This document shows positions 18,367 to 27,652 of a stretch of DNA of 64,000 bases, one piece after another; the first letter of the stretch is position 1; every line of letters begins with the position of its first letter. The DNA lies in NCBI GenBank assembly GCA_965222075.1, contig OZ244937.1, positions 2,720,001 to 2,784,000 of the forward strand, in the 5' to 3' direction. The position numbers and the translations under genes were made by a program. Origin of the DNA: Candidatus Latescibacterota bacterium (lineage in GTDB: Bacteria; Latescibacterota; UBA2968; GCA-2709665). The notes beneath the pieces were generated by a model. The model was not told where the DNA came from and made no database searches. It saw only the letters and a program-made list of their open reading frames with translations.

Positions 18367-20037
18367 TTGAGTGTAGCCATGAGGGATACAAGACCGCCAA
18401 CAGGATTCTACGGCAGTAGTCCCGGACAGGATCTGACTGAGATTGTGTATCGCCTGAGCGCGGATGAGTTACACGCAGTATTGGGAGAAGATCTCATCTC
18501 ACTTATCGAAGCGCTTGCTAGTCCTGAGGACAGAGACGCGACGCTGCGGAGAATAGCGACTGATATACTGCACGACCGGGCGGACGATCTAATGGCGCGC
18601 AGTGAAATCCGCGAAATCTGCTTGAATTCCACGTCGCTTGATAAGCTAGGGGAGTTAGCGAGCCGATTAGGCGTTGCGAATGTCGATGCGGTTCGTGCCA
18701 TGGACCCAACTCAGGATGCCAGAACTTGGCAAGCCTTTCTCGGATTCTTCGGGATCGACACACGCGGCGCGGCTCCTTTCGCAATGGAACCCGAGCAAGA
18801 AGTCGTTCGGCCCGAGTTTGGCCTGTTCCCGCATCAGCGGCGCGTGGCCGACCGTGTCTGTGAAGCCATTCAGAGTGGTCACGGACGGGTTGTTCTCCAC
18901 TTGCCAACCGGTGCTGGTAAGACTAGAACAGCGATGCACGTCGTTAGCCGGTTTATGACTGCCTCGGAGCCGTCCGTTGTTGTTTGGTTAGCCGCTAGTG
19001 CGGAGCTACTCGATCAAGCGGCCGATGCTTTCCAAAACGCTTGGGCGCGGCTTGGCAATCGGGAGATCGACATCCTGCGTTTTTGGGGAGATTATACACC
19101 GGACCTGTCTAGGACTTCGGATGGCCTAATAATCGCCGGACTACAAAAAATGCATGCGCTTAAGACCAGGGACCACATCGGCGTCTTGCGGCTCGCGAAG
19201 TCAGTCAAGCTCGTTGTCGTCGACGAGGCCCATCAGGCAGTTGCGCCGACCTATCGCAAAATAATCGACATCTTAGTTGAAACCGGTAGGAACAATGCTC
19301 TTGTGGGTTTGACTGCCACACCGGGTCGTACATGGTCGGATATTGCTGCCGATAAGCGGCTCTCGGATTTCTTTGGGGAACGGAAGGTCATGCTCGAAGT
19401 CGAAGGCTGGGACGATCCGGTTTCTTTTCTCATCAATCAGGGCTACTTAGCACGGCCGACCTTTCGATGTCTTGAGGTCGAAGCGACGTCTGAACATAAA
19501 CAGCGTTTGAACAAGGAAGGCGCAGGCGACGATTACGATCCAGCGCTGCTGGAATCGCTCGCGGAGCAAGTAGGTCGAAACGTTATCATTATTGATGAGA
19601 TACGCCGTTTGGTAGAAGAGGGGCATAGACGGATAATATTATTCGGTGCGTCGGTACGGCATGCCGAGCTCTTAGCGGCAGCACTGTCAGCTATTGGAAT
19701 CAATGGGCGTGTTGTAACTAGCAACACGGGAGAGACTGTCCGTGCGCGAATTATCAAAGAGTTTCGAGGGCCTTCCACAAAGCCCATGGTTCTGTGTAAC
19801 TTCGGCGTTCTGACGATGGGATTTGACGCGCCGAACACAAGCGCAGGAGTGATTGCCCGGCCAACAAAGTCACTCGTGTTGTTCAGCCAAATGGTAGGTC
19901 GCGCGATACGAGGACCTATGGCAGGCGGAAACAAAACCTGCACTATTTCCACTGTCGTTGACATCGATTTACCTGGCTTCGGCAACGTGGCCGAGGCGTT
20001 TACTAATTGGGAGGACGTGTGGCATGACCCGCACTAA
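18367..20037 (+). CDS. SF2 DEAD/DEAH-box helicase (ResIII-like)
   Basis: LFPHQ, LPTGAGKT, VVDEAH, GLTATPGR, LTMGFDAP, QMVGRAIRG. Confidence 0.9.
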   Translation: MSVAMRDTRPPTGFYGSSPGQDLTEIVYRLSADELHAVLGEDLISLIEALASPEDRDATLRRIATDILHDRADDLMARSEIREICLNSTSLDKLGELASRLGVANVDAVRAMDPTQDARTWQAFLGFFGIDTRGAAPFAMEPEQEVVRPEFGLFPHQRRVADRVCEAIQSGHGRVVLHLPTGAGKTRTAMHVVSRFMTASEPSVVVWLAASAELLDQAADAFQNAWARLGNREIDILRFWGDYTPDLSRTSDGLIIAGLQKMHALKTRDHIGVLRLAKSVKLVVVDEAHQAVAPTYRKIIDILVETGRNNALVGLTATPGRTWSDIAADKRLSDFFGERKVMLEVEGWDDPVSFLINQGYLARPTFRCLEVEATSEHKQRLNKEGAGDDYDPALLESLAEQVGRNVIIIDEIRRLVEEGHRRIILFGASVRHAELLAAALSAIGINGRVVTSNTGETVRARIIKEFRGPSTKPMVLCNFGVLTMGFDAPNTSAGVIARPTKSLVLFSQMVGRAIRGPMAGGNKTCTISTVVDIDLPGFGNVAEAFTNWEDVWHDPH

Positions 20038-21880
20038 AAACCCTGAACAAGGAGAGCTGTTCGACGCCCAGATCATTCCTCTGCGTCTCGCAATAACAGC
20101 AATGCGTGATTCGGGGTATAAGAACACAGCTTATGCGCTCGCCGAGTTGATCGATAACGCTGTGCAAGCAGAGGCCTCCAGGATCGAGGTACTCTGTATC
20201 GAGAAGCGGGAGACCGTCCGGACTCGGGAACGCAGAAGCCTTTACAAGATTGCAGTTCTTGACAATGGATCGGGCATGGACTCACAGACGCTGAGAATGG
20301 CGCTCCAATTTGGAAACGGGACACACCTAAACGATCGAACGGGTATCGGCCGCTTCGGTATGGGACTGCCCAATGCATCAATCTCTCAAGCTGCAAAGGT
20401 GGACGTTTGGAGTTGGCGAAACGGGTCAGACAACGCGGTCAAGACGTTCATTGACATTGATGAGATCCAGGCCGGAAACATGCATGAAGTTCCACATCCG
20501 GAGCACGATCCTGTTCCCAAAGAATGGCGCGTGTTGTCCGACCACATCGGGCAAAGTGGAACATTGGTGGTTTGGTCGGACCTAGATTCGAGCAGGCTGA
20601 CTTGGAAGAGCGCGAAGCATACCTTTTACAATATGGAACGGATCGTCGGCCGAATTTATCGGCGCTTCATCATCAACCAGTCAGTGACGATCCGCCTTTT
20701 TGCTGCGGAGAACGATAGTGAGCACGTGCTAATTGATCGAAAGGCAGCCTTCAACGATCCACTTTACCTTAATATTCCTCCTTCAATGCCGCCACCGTTC
20801 AACGCGAAACCCATGTTCGAGCACGTGTTCGATGATCCTTATGAGATTGAGCATGATGGCAAAAAGAACACTGTACAGGTCCGCTATTCAGTGGCTACGC
20901 AGGATACGGTCGACGAGGCAGGTACTCAGCAACGAGGCGATACCAAGTACGGCAAGGATGCACGAAACAACATCGGTGTCTCTGTGCTCCGCGCGGGCCG
21001 GGAGATTATGCTTGATCCGGGATGGTGTATAGGATATGACCCAAGAGAACGCTGGTGGGGTGCTGAAGTGGAGTTTCCACCGAATCTAGATGAGATATTC
21101 GGTCTCACAAACAATAAGCAGGCGGCTACCCATTTTACGGAGTTGGCCACAACGGAATGGGAGCGACTCGCAGAAGAGGGCGAGGAGTTTATTGATGTGG
21201 TGAAACGGCTCAAGGAGGATGGAGACCCACGTGGTTGGCTGCTTAGCCTGAGCGACAGTATTAAGCGAAACCTCGAACAGCTACGTCTGATGATCAGGGC
21301 GCAGGGGGCGGGACGGCGGTCTACGAGCAGGATGCGTCACGATGCCCCCGATGATGTTACGAAGACCGTCAATGAAGCGTGGAAGGAGCGCTCTAAGGAA
21401 CGACCCCTCGAAGGAGAGGATACGTCGCCGACAGAAAATGACTTGGATGACATTCGCACCGATCTTACTGAAAATAAGAAATATAGTGCGTCCGAAGCCG
21501 AGACACTTGCTTCTCTGATAAGAGATGCAGATTTAAAGGTAGTCTTTCTGGAAGCGGACTTTCCGGACCCCTTCCACCTGTTCAACGTGGAGATAAAGGG
21601 AAACACGACAGAGATAACCTTTAACAGGAAGCATCCGGCCTTCGACGACATCTTTGGAACCATCGCAACCGTTGATGAGGACGTGAGCGGACTCTCTAAA
21701 GGAGAGGTGATCGAACGCCTGACGAGGGCGGTGAATGCCACCAAGATTGTCTTTTCAGCTTGGGCACGTTACGAGCGTGAAGCAGGCGTGGACCGCGCTA
21801 AGGCCCTGCAGAAGGTACGTTTCGATTGGGGACAAATGGCGGCGAATTTCTTACAAACAGGCGACGATTTCGCACTGTAA
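20024..21880 (+). CDS. GHKL (MORC/Hsp90-like HATPase_c) ATPase
   Basis: ALAELIDNA, DNGSGM, GIGRFGMGLPNASIS, GTLVVW. The start overlaps the helicase end. Confidence 0.85.
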   Translation: MTRTKNPEQGELFDAQIIPLRLAITAMRDSGYKNTAYALAELIDNAVQAEASRIEVLCIEKRETVRTRERRSLYKIAVLDNGSGMDSQTLRMALQFGNGTHLNDRTGIGRFGMGLPNASISQAAKVDVWSWRNGSDNAVKTFIDIDEIQAGNMHEVPHPEHDPVPKEWRVLSDHIGQSGTLVVWSDLDSSRLTWKSAKHTFYNMERIVGRIYRRFIINQSVTIRLFAAENDSEHVLIDRKAAFNDPLYLNIPPSMPPPFNAKPMFEHVFDDPYEIEHDGKKNTVQVRYSVATQDTVDEAGTQQRGDTKYGKDARNNIGVSVLRAGREIMLDPGWCIGYDPRERWWGAEVEFPPNLDEIFGLTNNKQAATHFTELATTEWERLAEEGEEFIDVVKRLKEDGDPRGWLLSLSDSIKRNLEQLRLMIRAQGAGRRSTSRMRHDAPDDVTKTVNEAWKERSKERPLEGEDTSPTENDLDDIRTDLTENKKYSASEAETLASLIRDADLKVVFLEADFPDPFHLFNVEIKGNTTEITFNRKHPAFDDIFGTIATVDEDVSGLSKGEVIERLTRAVNATKIVFSAWARYEREAGVDRAKALQKVRFDWGQMAANFLQTGDDFAL

Positions 21881-21900
21881 CGCGATGGAGGCCGAAGCTC

Positions 21901-22812
21901 ATGATCGCGGACGGCGAACGCTTGAAGGCTCTCTTACAAGAAGCAGAGCGACGAGTTATCTTGTGTGCACCTTTTATTAAGGCGAGGGTCTTACAGACCG
22001 TTCTGTCGGTCGTGTCAGCAGCAGTGCCGGTACGCATCGTTACAAGATGGCAGCCGACCGAAATCGCGGCGGGCGTCAGCGATTTGGAAGTATTGGAGGT
22101 AGCGAACAATCGGCCGAACACCAAACTTGAGCTTTTAGACGACCTCCACGCCAAGCTTTACCTCGCCGACGACCATTGTCTCGTAGGGTCGGCCAACTTA
22201 ACCGGTAGCGCATTAGGCTGGTCGGAACGAAGCAATGTAGAGCTTCTGGTGCCAGCCCAGCCGACCGATTCCGATGTAGCCTTTCTCTTGAAACGGCTCG
22301 AGTCAGCGACGCGGGCGACCTTTACAAAACGCTTAGAAATGGAAGTGGCTGCCGCCGCTTTTGACATTACCGGGCTCGATGAGGGGCAGGAAATGACGGA
22401 GACCGGCGATACGCGTCGATTGGCTTGGCTACCTCGTTGCGCGGCACCGGACAAGCTCTACGAAATATACCAGAATCCGAAGACAACGGTCGTGGTCGAG
22501 GACACGAAAGAAGATGGTCTTGCCGATCTACGGGATCTACTGGTCCGCCGCGGACTGTCACTAACGGACTTCAATGCCATCGTACGAGATACGCTTCTGT
22601 TGATGCCGACGTTCGCTCGTATCATCGATAAGGTGCCGCAAGGCATCACAGATGCCAGTGGCGTTGGTCTTGTCGAGGATGCCCGTCCAGATTTGGTGGG
22701 ACAGGATGCGCGGGTACAGTGGCGCATCATTCGAGATTGGATTGGAGTCTTTTTCCGAGACCAGTTTGAGGTGGCACCGGATTCATTTGTTACCCGTCTG
22801 CGGCCCCCCTGA
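21901..22812 (+). CDS. Phospholipase D-like (HKD) nuclease domain protein
   Basis: LCAPFIK, GVSDLEV, LHAKLYLAD..LVGSANLT..N.E. Confidence 0.8.
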   Translation: MIADGERLKALLQEAERRVILCAPFIKARVLQTVLSVVSAAVPVRIVTRWQPTEIAAGVSDLEVLEVANNRPNTKLELLDDLHAKLYLADDHCLVGSANLTGSALGWSERSNVELLVPAQPTDSDVAFLLKRLESATRATFTKRLEMEVAAAAFDITGLDEGQEMTETGDTRRLAWLPRCAAPDKLYEIYQNPKTTVVVEDTKEDGLADLRDLLVRRGLSLTDFNAIVRDTLLLMPTFARIIDKVPQGITDASGVGLVEDARPDLVGQDARVQWRIIRDWIGVFFRDQFEVAPDSFVTRLRPP

Positions 22813-23004
22813 GCAGGCGATGCCAGCATCATTGCAATCCGCCGGATCGTGCAGGTCAGCGTGGAATCAACGTGCATCGTCGCGGACTCGACCCGAATCG
22901 ATTGTGATCAAGTCGGACAGCCATTGATCCATATTGTTTCTGCTCATCTTCACTGTCCCGACACGGCGAATCACGATCATCGGCGTGCGCTGGAAGATGT
23001 ACTA

Positions 23005-24480
23005 GAGGGTCGGACAAAATTTTAATAGCTGAAAACGCGTAAGATAGCAAAAGGGGACGGAACGCCTCTTCGATTGTGGGATTTAAAGAGTACCCAACTC
23101 AACCCACAGAGAGGAGGTGTTCAAGATCGCCCCGTCTCCTTCAACGTTTGAAGCAGAAGAGACGTTCCAACCGCCGTCGTATTTTCACCAGGATGAGGTC
23201 GCAAAAGATTACACAGCATTTTTTGCCGATTTGGATTTTTCTCCCCTGCCTGCTCTTAGACGAGAAGGCAGAGGCCGTCGGGGTCACCCCCAGAGCGCTT
23301 ACGTCAAAGCGTTGTTGGTCAAAATTAGAGAGAAGCACACCTATTGCACAGATTTACGTGCGTTTCTGGTCAAACATCCGGCCCTGGTTCTGCTGCTGGG
23401 ATTTCGCCCCAAGGTATGTGAGCAATCTCCCTTTGGGTTTGATGTTTCCAAAACGGTCCCGACCGCTCGACATCTACGACGGAAACTCCAGACAATTCCC
23501 AATTTGGCTCTCCAATCGATCTTTGAGGGAACCGTCCGAGACCTGAAAGCGGAAGTGCCACATCTGGGGCAACGCACAGCGTTGGACAACAAACACATCT
23601 ACGCCTTTGTCAAGCAGAATAACCATAAGACCTATGTGAAGGACCGCTTCAATCCCAACTGTCAACCCAAGGGAGACCCTGACTGTCGCCTAAGTGCCAA
23701 GCAGGTCTCCAACCAAGAGCCAGAAAAGCAGCACAAAACCGCAGAAAAGGAGTATCTGTGGGGATATGGCACCTCGGTGGTGGCCACCAAACATCGCATC
23801 TTGGGTGAGTTTGTCCTGGCCGAACACACCGAGCCCTTCAACGTTCGAGATGTCGAATTCTTCTCCATGTTGATGCCAAGGGTTGAAGCACGCCTCGGCT
23901 TCCGTCCCAAGCACTTTGCCGCAGATGCCGCCTACGATGCCTGGTATGTCTACGACTACTTTGCAAAAGTTGGCGGAACGGCCTACATTCCGCTCAACCT
24001 GCGTGGACATCCAATGCCTCGTCTTGGAAGCAATGGGTTTCACATTTGTCAAGACAACCGGGAAATGATCGGCTCTTATACCTATCAGGATCGCACCCGA
24101 GGCTATCAGGCTCAAAAGGAGGTCTGTCCCATCCTCTTTGGCAACCTGCCTGCTACCCAGACCTGTCGGATCAATCATCCACAGTTCCAAAAGGGATGCG
24201 GATGTGTCAAATATAAAAACCTGGAACTGGGCGCTCAGGCACGGCTCTTACTGGATCGCTCTTCAAGGGTTTTCAAGCTTGGCTATGCCTGGCGAACCAC
24301 TACCGAGCGCATCTTTTCTCAGGCCAAGGAACTGGGCATTGAGCGACCTCGCCTGAGAAACCTGAACTCCATACGCAACCACAACACCTTGATCTACATC
24401 GTGATCAACGTCAATGCCCTAAAACGCGTACGTGAAGCTAAACAACGCAAAATTACGGGCTTGTAATTTGTCCGGCCCTC
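23005..24480 (+). mobile_element. Insertion sequence (IS4/IS5/IS1182-type DDE)
   Basis: IRs GAGGGTCGGACAAA / TTTGTCCGGCCCTC, flanked by the direct repeat TGTACTA (22998-23004, 24481-24487). Confidence 0.85.
23117..24466 (+). CDS. DDE transposase
   Basis: GRRGHPQ N-terminus, LDNKHI, WGYG, ADAAYD, RTTTERIFSQAKE. It fills the IR-bounded element. Confidence 0.85.
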   Translation: MFKIAPSPSTFEAEETFQPPSYFHQDEVAKDYTAFFADLDFSPLPALRREGRGRRGHPQSAYVKALLVKIREKHTYCTDLRAFLVKHPALVLLLGFRPKVCEQSPFGFDVSKTVPTARHLRRKLQTIPNLALQSIFEGTVRDLKAEVPHLGQRTALDNKHIYAFVKQNNHKTYVKDRFNPNCQPKGDPDCRLSAKQVSNQEPEKQHKTAEKEYLWGYGTSVVATKHRILGEFVLAEHTEPFNVRDVEFFSMLMPRVEARLGFRPKHFAADAAYDAWYVYDYFAKVGGTAYIPLNLRGHPMPRLGSNGFHICQDNREMIGSYTYQDRTRGYQAQKEVCPILFGNLPATQTCRINHPQFQKGCGCVKYKNLELGAQARLLLDRSSRVFKLGYAWRTTTERIFSQAKELGIERPRLRNLNSIRNHNTLIYIVINVNALKRVREAKQRKITGL

Positions 24481-24551
24481 TGTACTACGAAGTCAAAACG
24501 TCACAATCCATGGAGCAACGGCGTAGTTTGGAAACCGGGAAACGAACCAAT

Positions 24552-26003
24552 ATGGGAATACGCATCCAACCACGTGAAATCGAAGTGCCCGAGGACGATC
24601 CGTTCAAAAACGACCTTCTCGGCCGGAAGGAGCCAGTGAAGATTCTCACCCACCTCGTTGGTGCTCTCGAAGGTCCATGCGTCCTGGCAGTCGATGCCGC
24701 ATGGGGAACCGGCAAGACCACGTTTCTCCGGATGTGGGCGCAGCACCTGCGCAACCAAGGATTTCCTGTTGTCGAGTTCAATGCATGGGAGACCGACTTC
24801 TCCGGGGACCCCTTCGTCGCTCTCTCCACAGAATTGACAGAAGGTCTCCACGAATACACGGACGAACCGCTGGCGACGAAGATCGCCGAGACGAAGAAGG
24901 GGGCGAAGGAGGTTCTTCGACGAGCCGTTCCAGGCCTGATTCGACTCGCAACCGCAGGCATCCTGGATCTCGCCCCGCTAATGGAAAAGGAAGTGGGCCA
25001 AGCTCTTGCGTCCTACGCCGAGGACAGGCTGTCCGAATACCAGGAGGCGCAGAAGTCGGTCAAGGCATTCAGGCATGTCCTGCAAGACATGGCGAAGACG
25101 TTGGCGCAATCCAGAGAGAACCGATCCCTGATCGTAGTCATTGATGAGCTGGACCGGTGCCGCCCTTCTTATGCTGTCGAACTGCTTGAAGTCGCCAAGC
25201 ACCTGTTTTCAGTGGACTACATTGTTTTTGTATTGGCGGTTAATCGCCCTGAACTCGCACATTCGATCAAAGCCCTGTATGGAAGCGGTTTTGACGCCGC
25301 GGGATATTTCCGCCGGTTCTTTGATATGGACTTTCGACTTCCCGATCCTGAACGGAAAGCTTTTATCGACGCAGCGCTCGATGCGATACAGATCGATGAA
25401 TACTTTGGGCGAACTCAAGATGGGTCCGCACGATACGACTATGAAGACGTTCGGAAACTGTTACAGGGTTTTTTTCGTGCACCTGACCTCAGCCTTCGAC
25501 GGATAGCGCAAGCCATCTATCGTCTGGGGCTGGTATTGGCGTCGTTGGGCAGCAACCAGCAGTCGTTCGCCACGAGGGCAGTTGTGGCTTTGATCCTTCG
25601 AACCATCGACGCGGATCTCTATCATCGGTTCCACTGCGGTGAGGCCTCGGACCTTGAAGTCGTTGACAAGGTGTTCACACCATCCGGAGCAATAACTCTT
25701 GAAGAAGAGGAAGTAAGATCCTTTTTTGAGAAAACGATCATTCTCGCTGCTCGCGATGTGTCAGGTTTGACTGACTCGCCGCTGTTGCAGCGGTACCAGA
25801 AGCTGGTTGATGCCGAAGAGTCAGACCCCTCCTCACACAACCCGGATCGAAAGCGCGGGGAGAAAATCATCGAATGGGCTGAGCATATCCGTCAGGGAGG
25901 CCTCGGCAGACCCATTGGATTCCGGCATTCAGTTCAGCGGATTGAATTGCTATCCCCTGATCTCATTGGCGAGCGCTCAGGAACGGTTTCGCATAATTTT
26001 TGA
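24552..26003 (+). CDS. KAP family P-loop NTPase
   Basis: DLLGRK, DAAWGTGKTTF, FNAWETDF, IVVIDELDRCRP, LEVAKHLF, YFRRFFD. Confidence 0.88.
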   Translation: MGIRIQPREIEVPEDDPFKNDLLGRKEPVKILTHLVGALEGPCVLAVDAAWGTGKTTFLRMWAQHLRNQGFPVVEFNAWETDFSGDPFVALSTELTEGLHEYTDEPLATKIAETKKGAKEVLRRAVPGLIRLATAGILDLAPLMEKEVGQALASYAEDRLSEYQEAQKSVKAFRHVLQDMAKTLAQSRENRSLIVVIDELDRCRPSYAVELLEVAKHLFSVDYIVFVLAVNRPELAHSIKALYGSGFDAAGYFRRFFDMDFRLPDPERKAFIDAALDAIQIDEYFGRTQDGSARYDYEDVRKLLQGFFRAPDLSLRRIAQAIYRLGLVLASLGSNQQSFATRAVVALILRTIDADLYHRFHCGEASDLEVVDKVFTPSGAITLEEEEVRSFFEKTIILAARDVSGLTDSPLLQRYQKLVDAEESDPSSHNPDRKRGEKIIEWAEHIRQGGLGRPIGFRHSVQRIELLSPDLIGERSGTVSHNF

Positions 26004-26011
26004 GGCCGCCG

Positions 26012-26130
26012 AGCCCCGAGAGGTGTCTGAGAATATCTACCTGGATATAGACGATAATGGAAATTCGGTCTCCATAACGATTGAGCATGTCGGGGAGAGT
26101 GCCAACATCCGGGATTTCGCCTTTGAGCAT
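26012..26130 (+). pseudogene. C-terminal remnant of a DUF2283-like small protein
   Basis: REVSENIYLDIDDNGNSVSITIEH resembles DUF2283. There is no start or N-terminus. Confidence 0.45.
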
Positions 26131-26738
26131 CAACTATTCGTGTTTAGACTAATTTGAACATGTCGGAAGGAACCCCTTGTTTCGTAAGTCTAATATTTTC
26201 AACACTTCCATTTTACACAGTTTCCCGATACAGGGATTTACGAGCGGGTTTGGTCACGCCAAATCACGTACCAAACTCCTCAATAAATCTCCCGAAGTGG
26301 CTGATGAAATCTCGGAGTATTGTAAATAAAGGGGTTACGATTTTCATCCATGATTGCTACCTTGCTGATTTAGTCTAAACACGAATCAACTAAGGGTGAG
26401 CGCATAACCAGTCAGCGCAACCCCCGACCGTCTGTGTAACCGCTTCACTGGCCCCAACAAGCTGGTCCGCCTAATCGACTTGGGTGAAGTGGTGCAGCGC
26501 CTGATGCAGGGCTTCACGGACGATGTGACTTCAGCGCCTCGGACAGCGTCCATTGCTCTGGATCGCTCAACTCCCTGGATAAGGCGAACTGGACTTCGCG
26601 GTGCGGCCGCACCGCGGTGACATGTTGATATTCAAGAGTCCGCCGTAGACGGTGCCGTGCGGTCCGTTCGTTGAGCAAGAGCAGCCGTGAATCGTGAAAA
26701 CGAGCCACGAACCGGGAACCACACAAACAAAGGAGAGC

Positions 26739-27473
26739 ATGATGCAAGAAACCACAGACACCCAGAGCGCTGAGAGTTCTCAGGAGACCGGCGTAATCGG
26801 ACGGATGGTCGGAACGCTCTTCTCACCCGGCAGGACCTTTGCCTCAGTAAATAAGCAGGTCGAACATCAGGACTGGCTTATCCCGCTGATTGTGATAGCG
26901 ATTGTCGGCATGCTCTCCGCGTACCTGATCATGCCGATGGCTCAGACCGGGGAAATGGAGGCCATGCGCGAGCAACTCCAGAAGGACGAAGCCTTTTCGG
27001 ACGAACAGCAGACACAGGTCTTAAAGGTGGGAAGCATCATCGGCATCCTTGTCGCGGCCATCGGCACGGTTGCGACGCTCTTTATCCAGGCGGCGATCTT
27101 CCTGGCGCTCGCCAATTTTGTCCTCGGCGGCGACGGAACCTACAAAAAAACGCTTGCCGTCGTCAGCTACAGTTCCCTCGTCGGCATTCCCGACGCGATC
27201 GTAACCGTACCGCTCATGCTGATCAAAGGGTCGATGAAGGTCCAGGTCGGCCTCAGCCTTCTCCTGCCCGGGTCGATGGAAGGCGGCTTCCTGTTCCACT
27301 CCCTGTCCATGCTCAACCTCTTTTCCATCTGGCAATTTTCGTTGATTGCCATCGGTCTGGGAGCTGTTGCGGACATCCGGACCAGGCGGGCGGCCTACGG
27401 CGTCTTCGGCCTCTGGATCGTCTACGTCCTGATCACATCCGCTACTCAGAACCTCTCCGGCAGCATGATATAA
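26739..27473 (+). CDS. YIP1-family membrane protein
   Basis: LFSPGRTF N-terminal motif, about five TM segments, AAGGAG RBS. Confidence 0.8.
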   Translation: MMQETTDTQSAESSQETGVIGRMVGTLFSPGRTFASVNKQVEHQDWLIPLIVIAIVGMLSAYLIMPMAQTGEMEAMREQLQKDEAFSDEQQTQVLKVGSIIGILVAAIGTVATLFIQAAIFLALANFVLGGDGTYKKTLAVVSYSSLVGIPDAIVTVPLMLIKGSMKVQVGLSLLLPGSMEGGFLFHSLSMLNLFSIWQFSLIAIGLGAVADIRTRRAAYGVFGLWIVYVLITSATQNLSGSMI

Positions 27474-27652
27474 GGAAATGGGAAAACAGGTGCCAGCCGC
27501 GTGATCCAAAGCGTCCGGGATGGAGGCTGGGGACTCCTGAAGGATCCGGGTTTGGCGGGCATGCCCCGGACAGCATGGGGATGCCCTTTTCCATTTAGAG
27601 TTTTCATTATGCCCTGTGCGCTTTGCGCGATGCCCTCCCCGGAGAGCAAACC

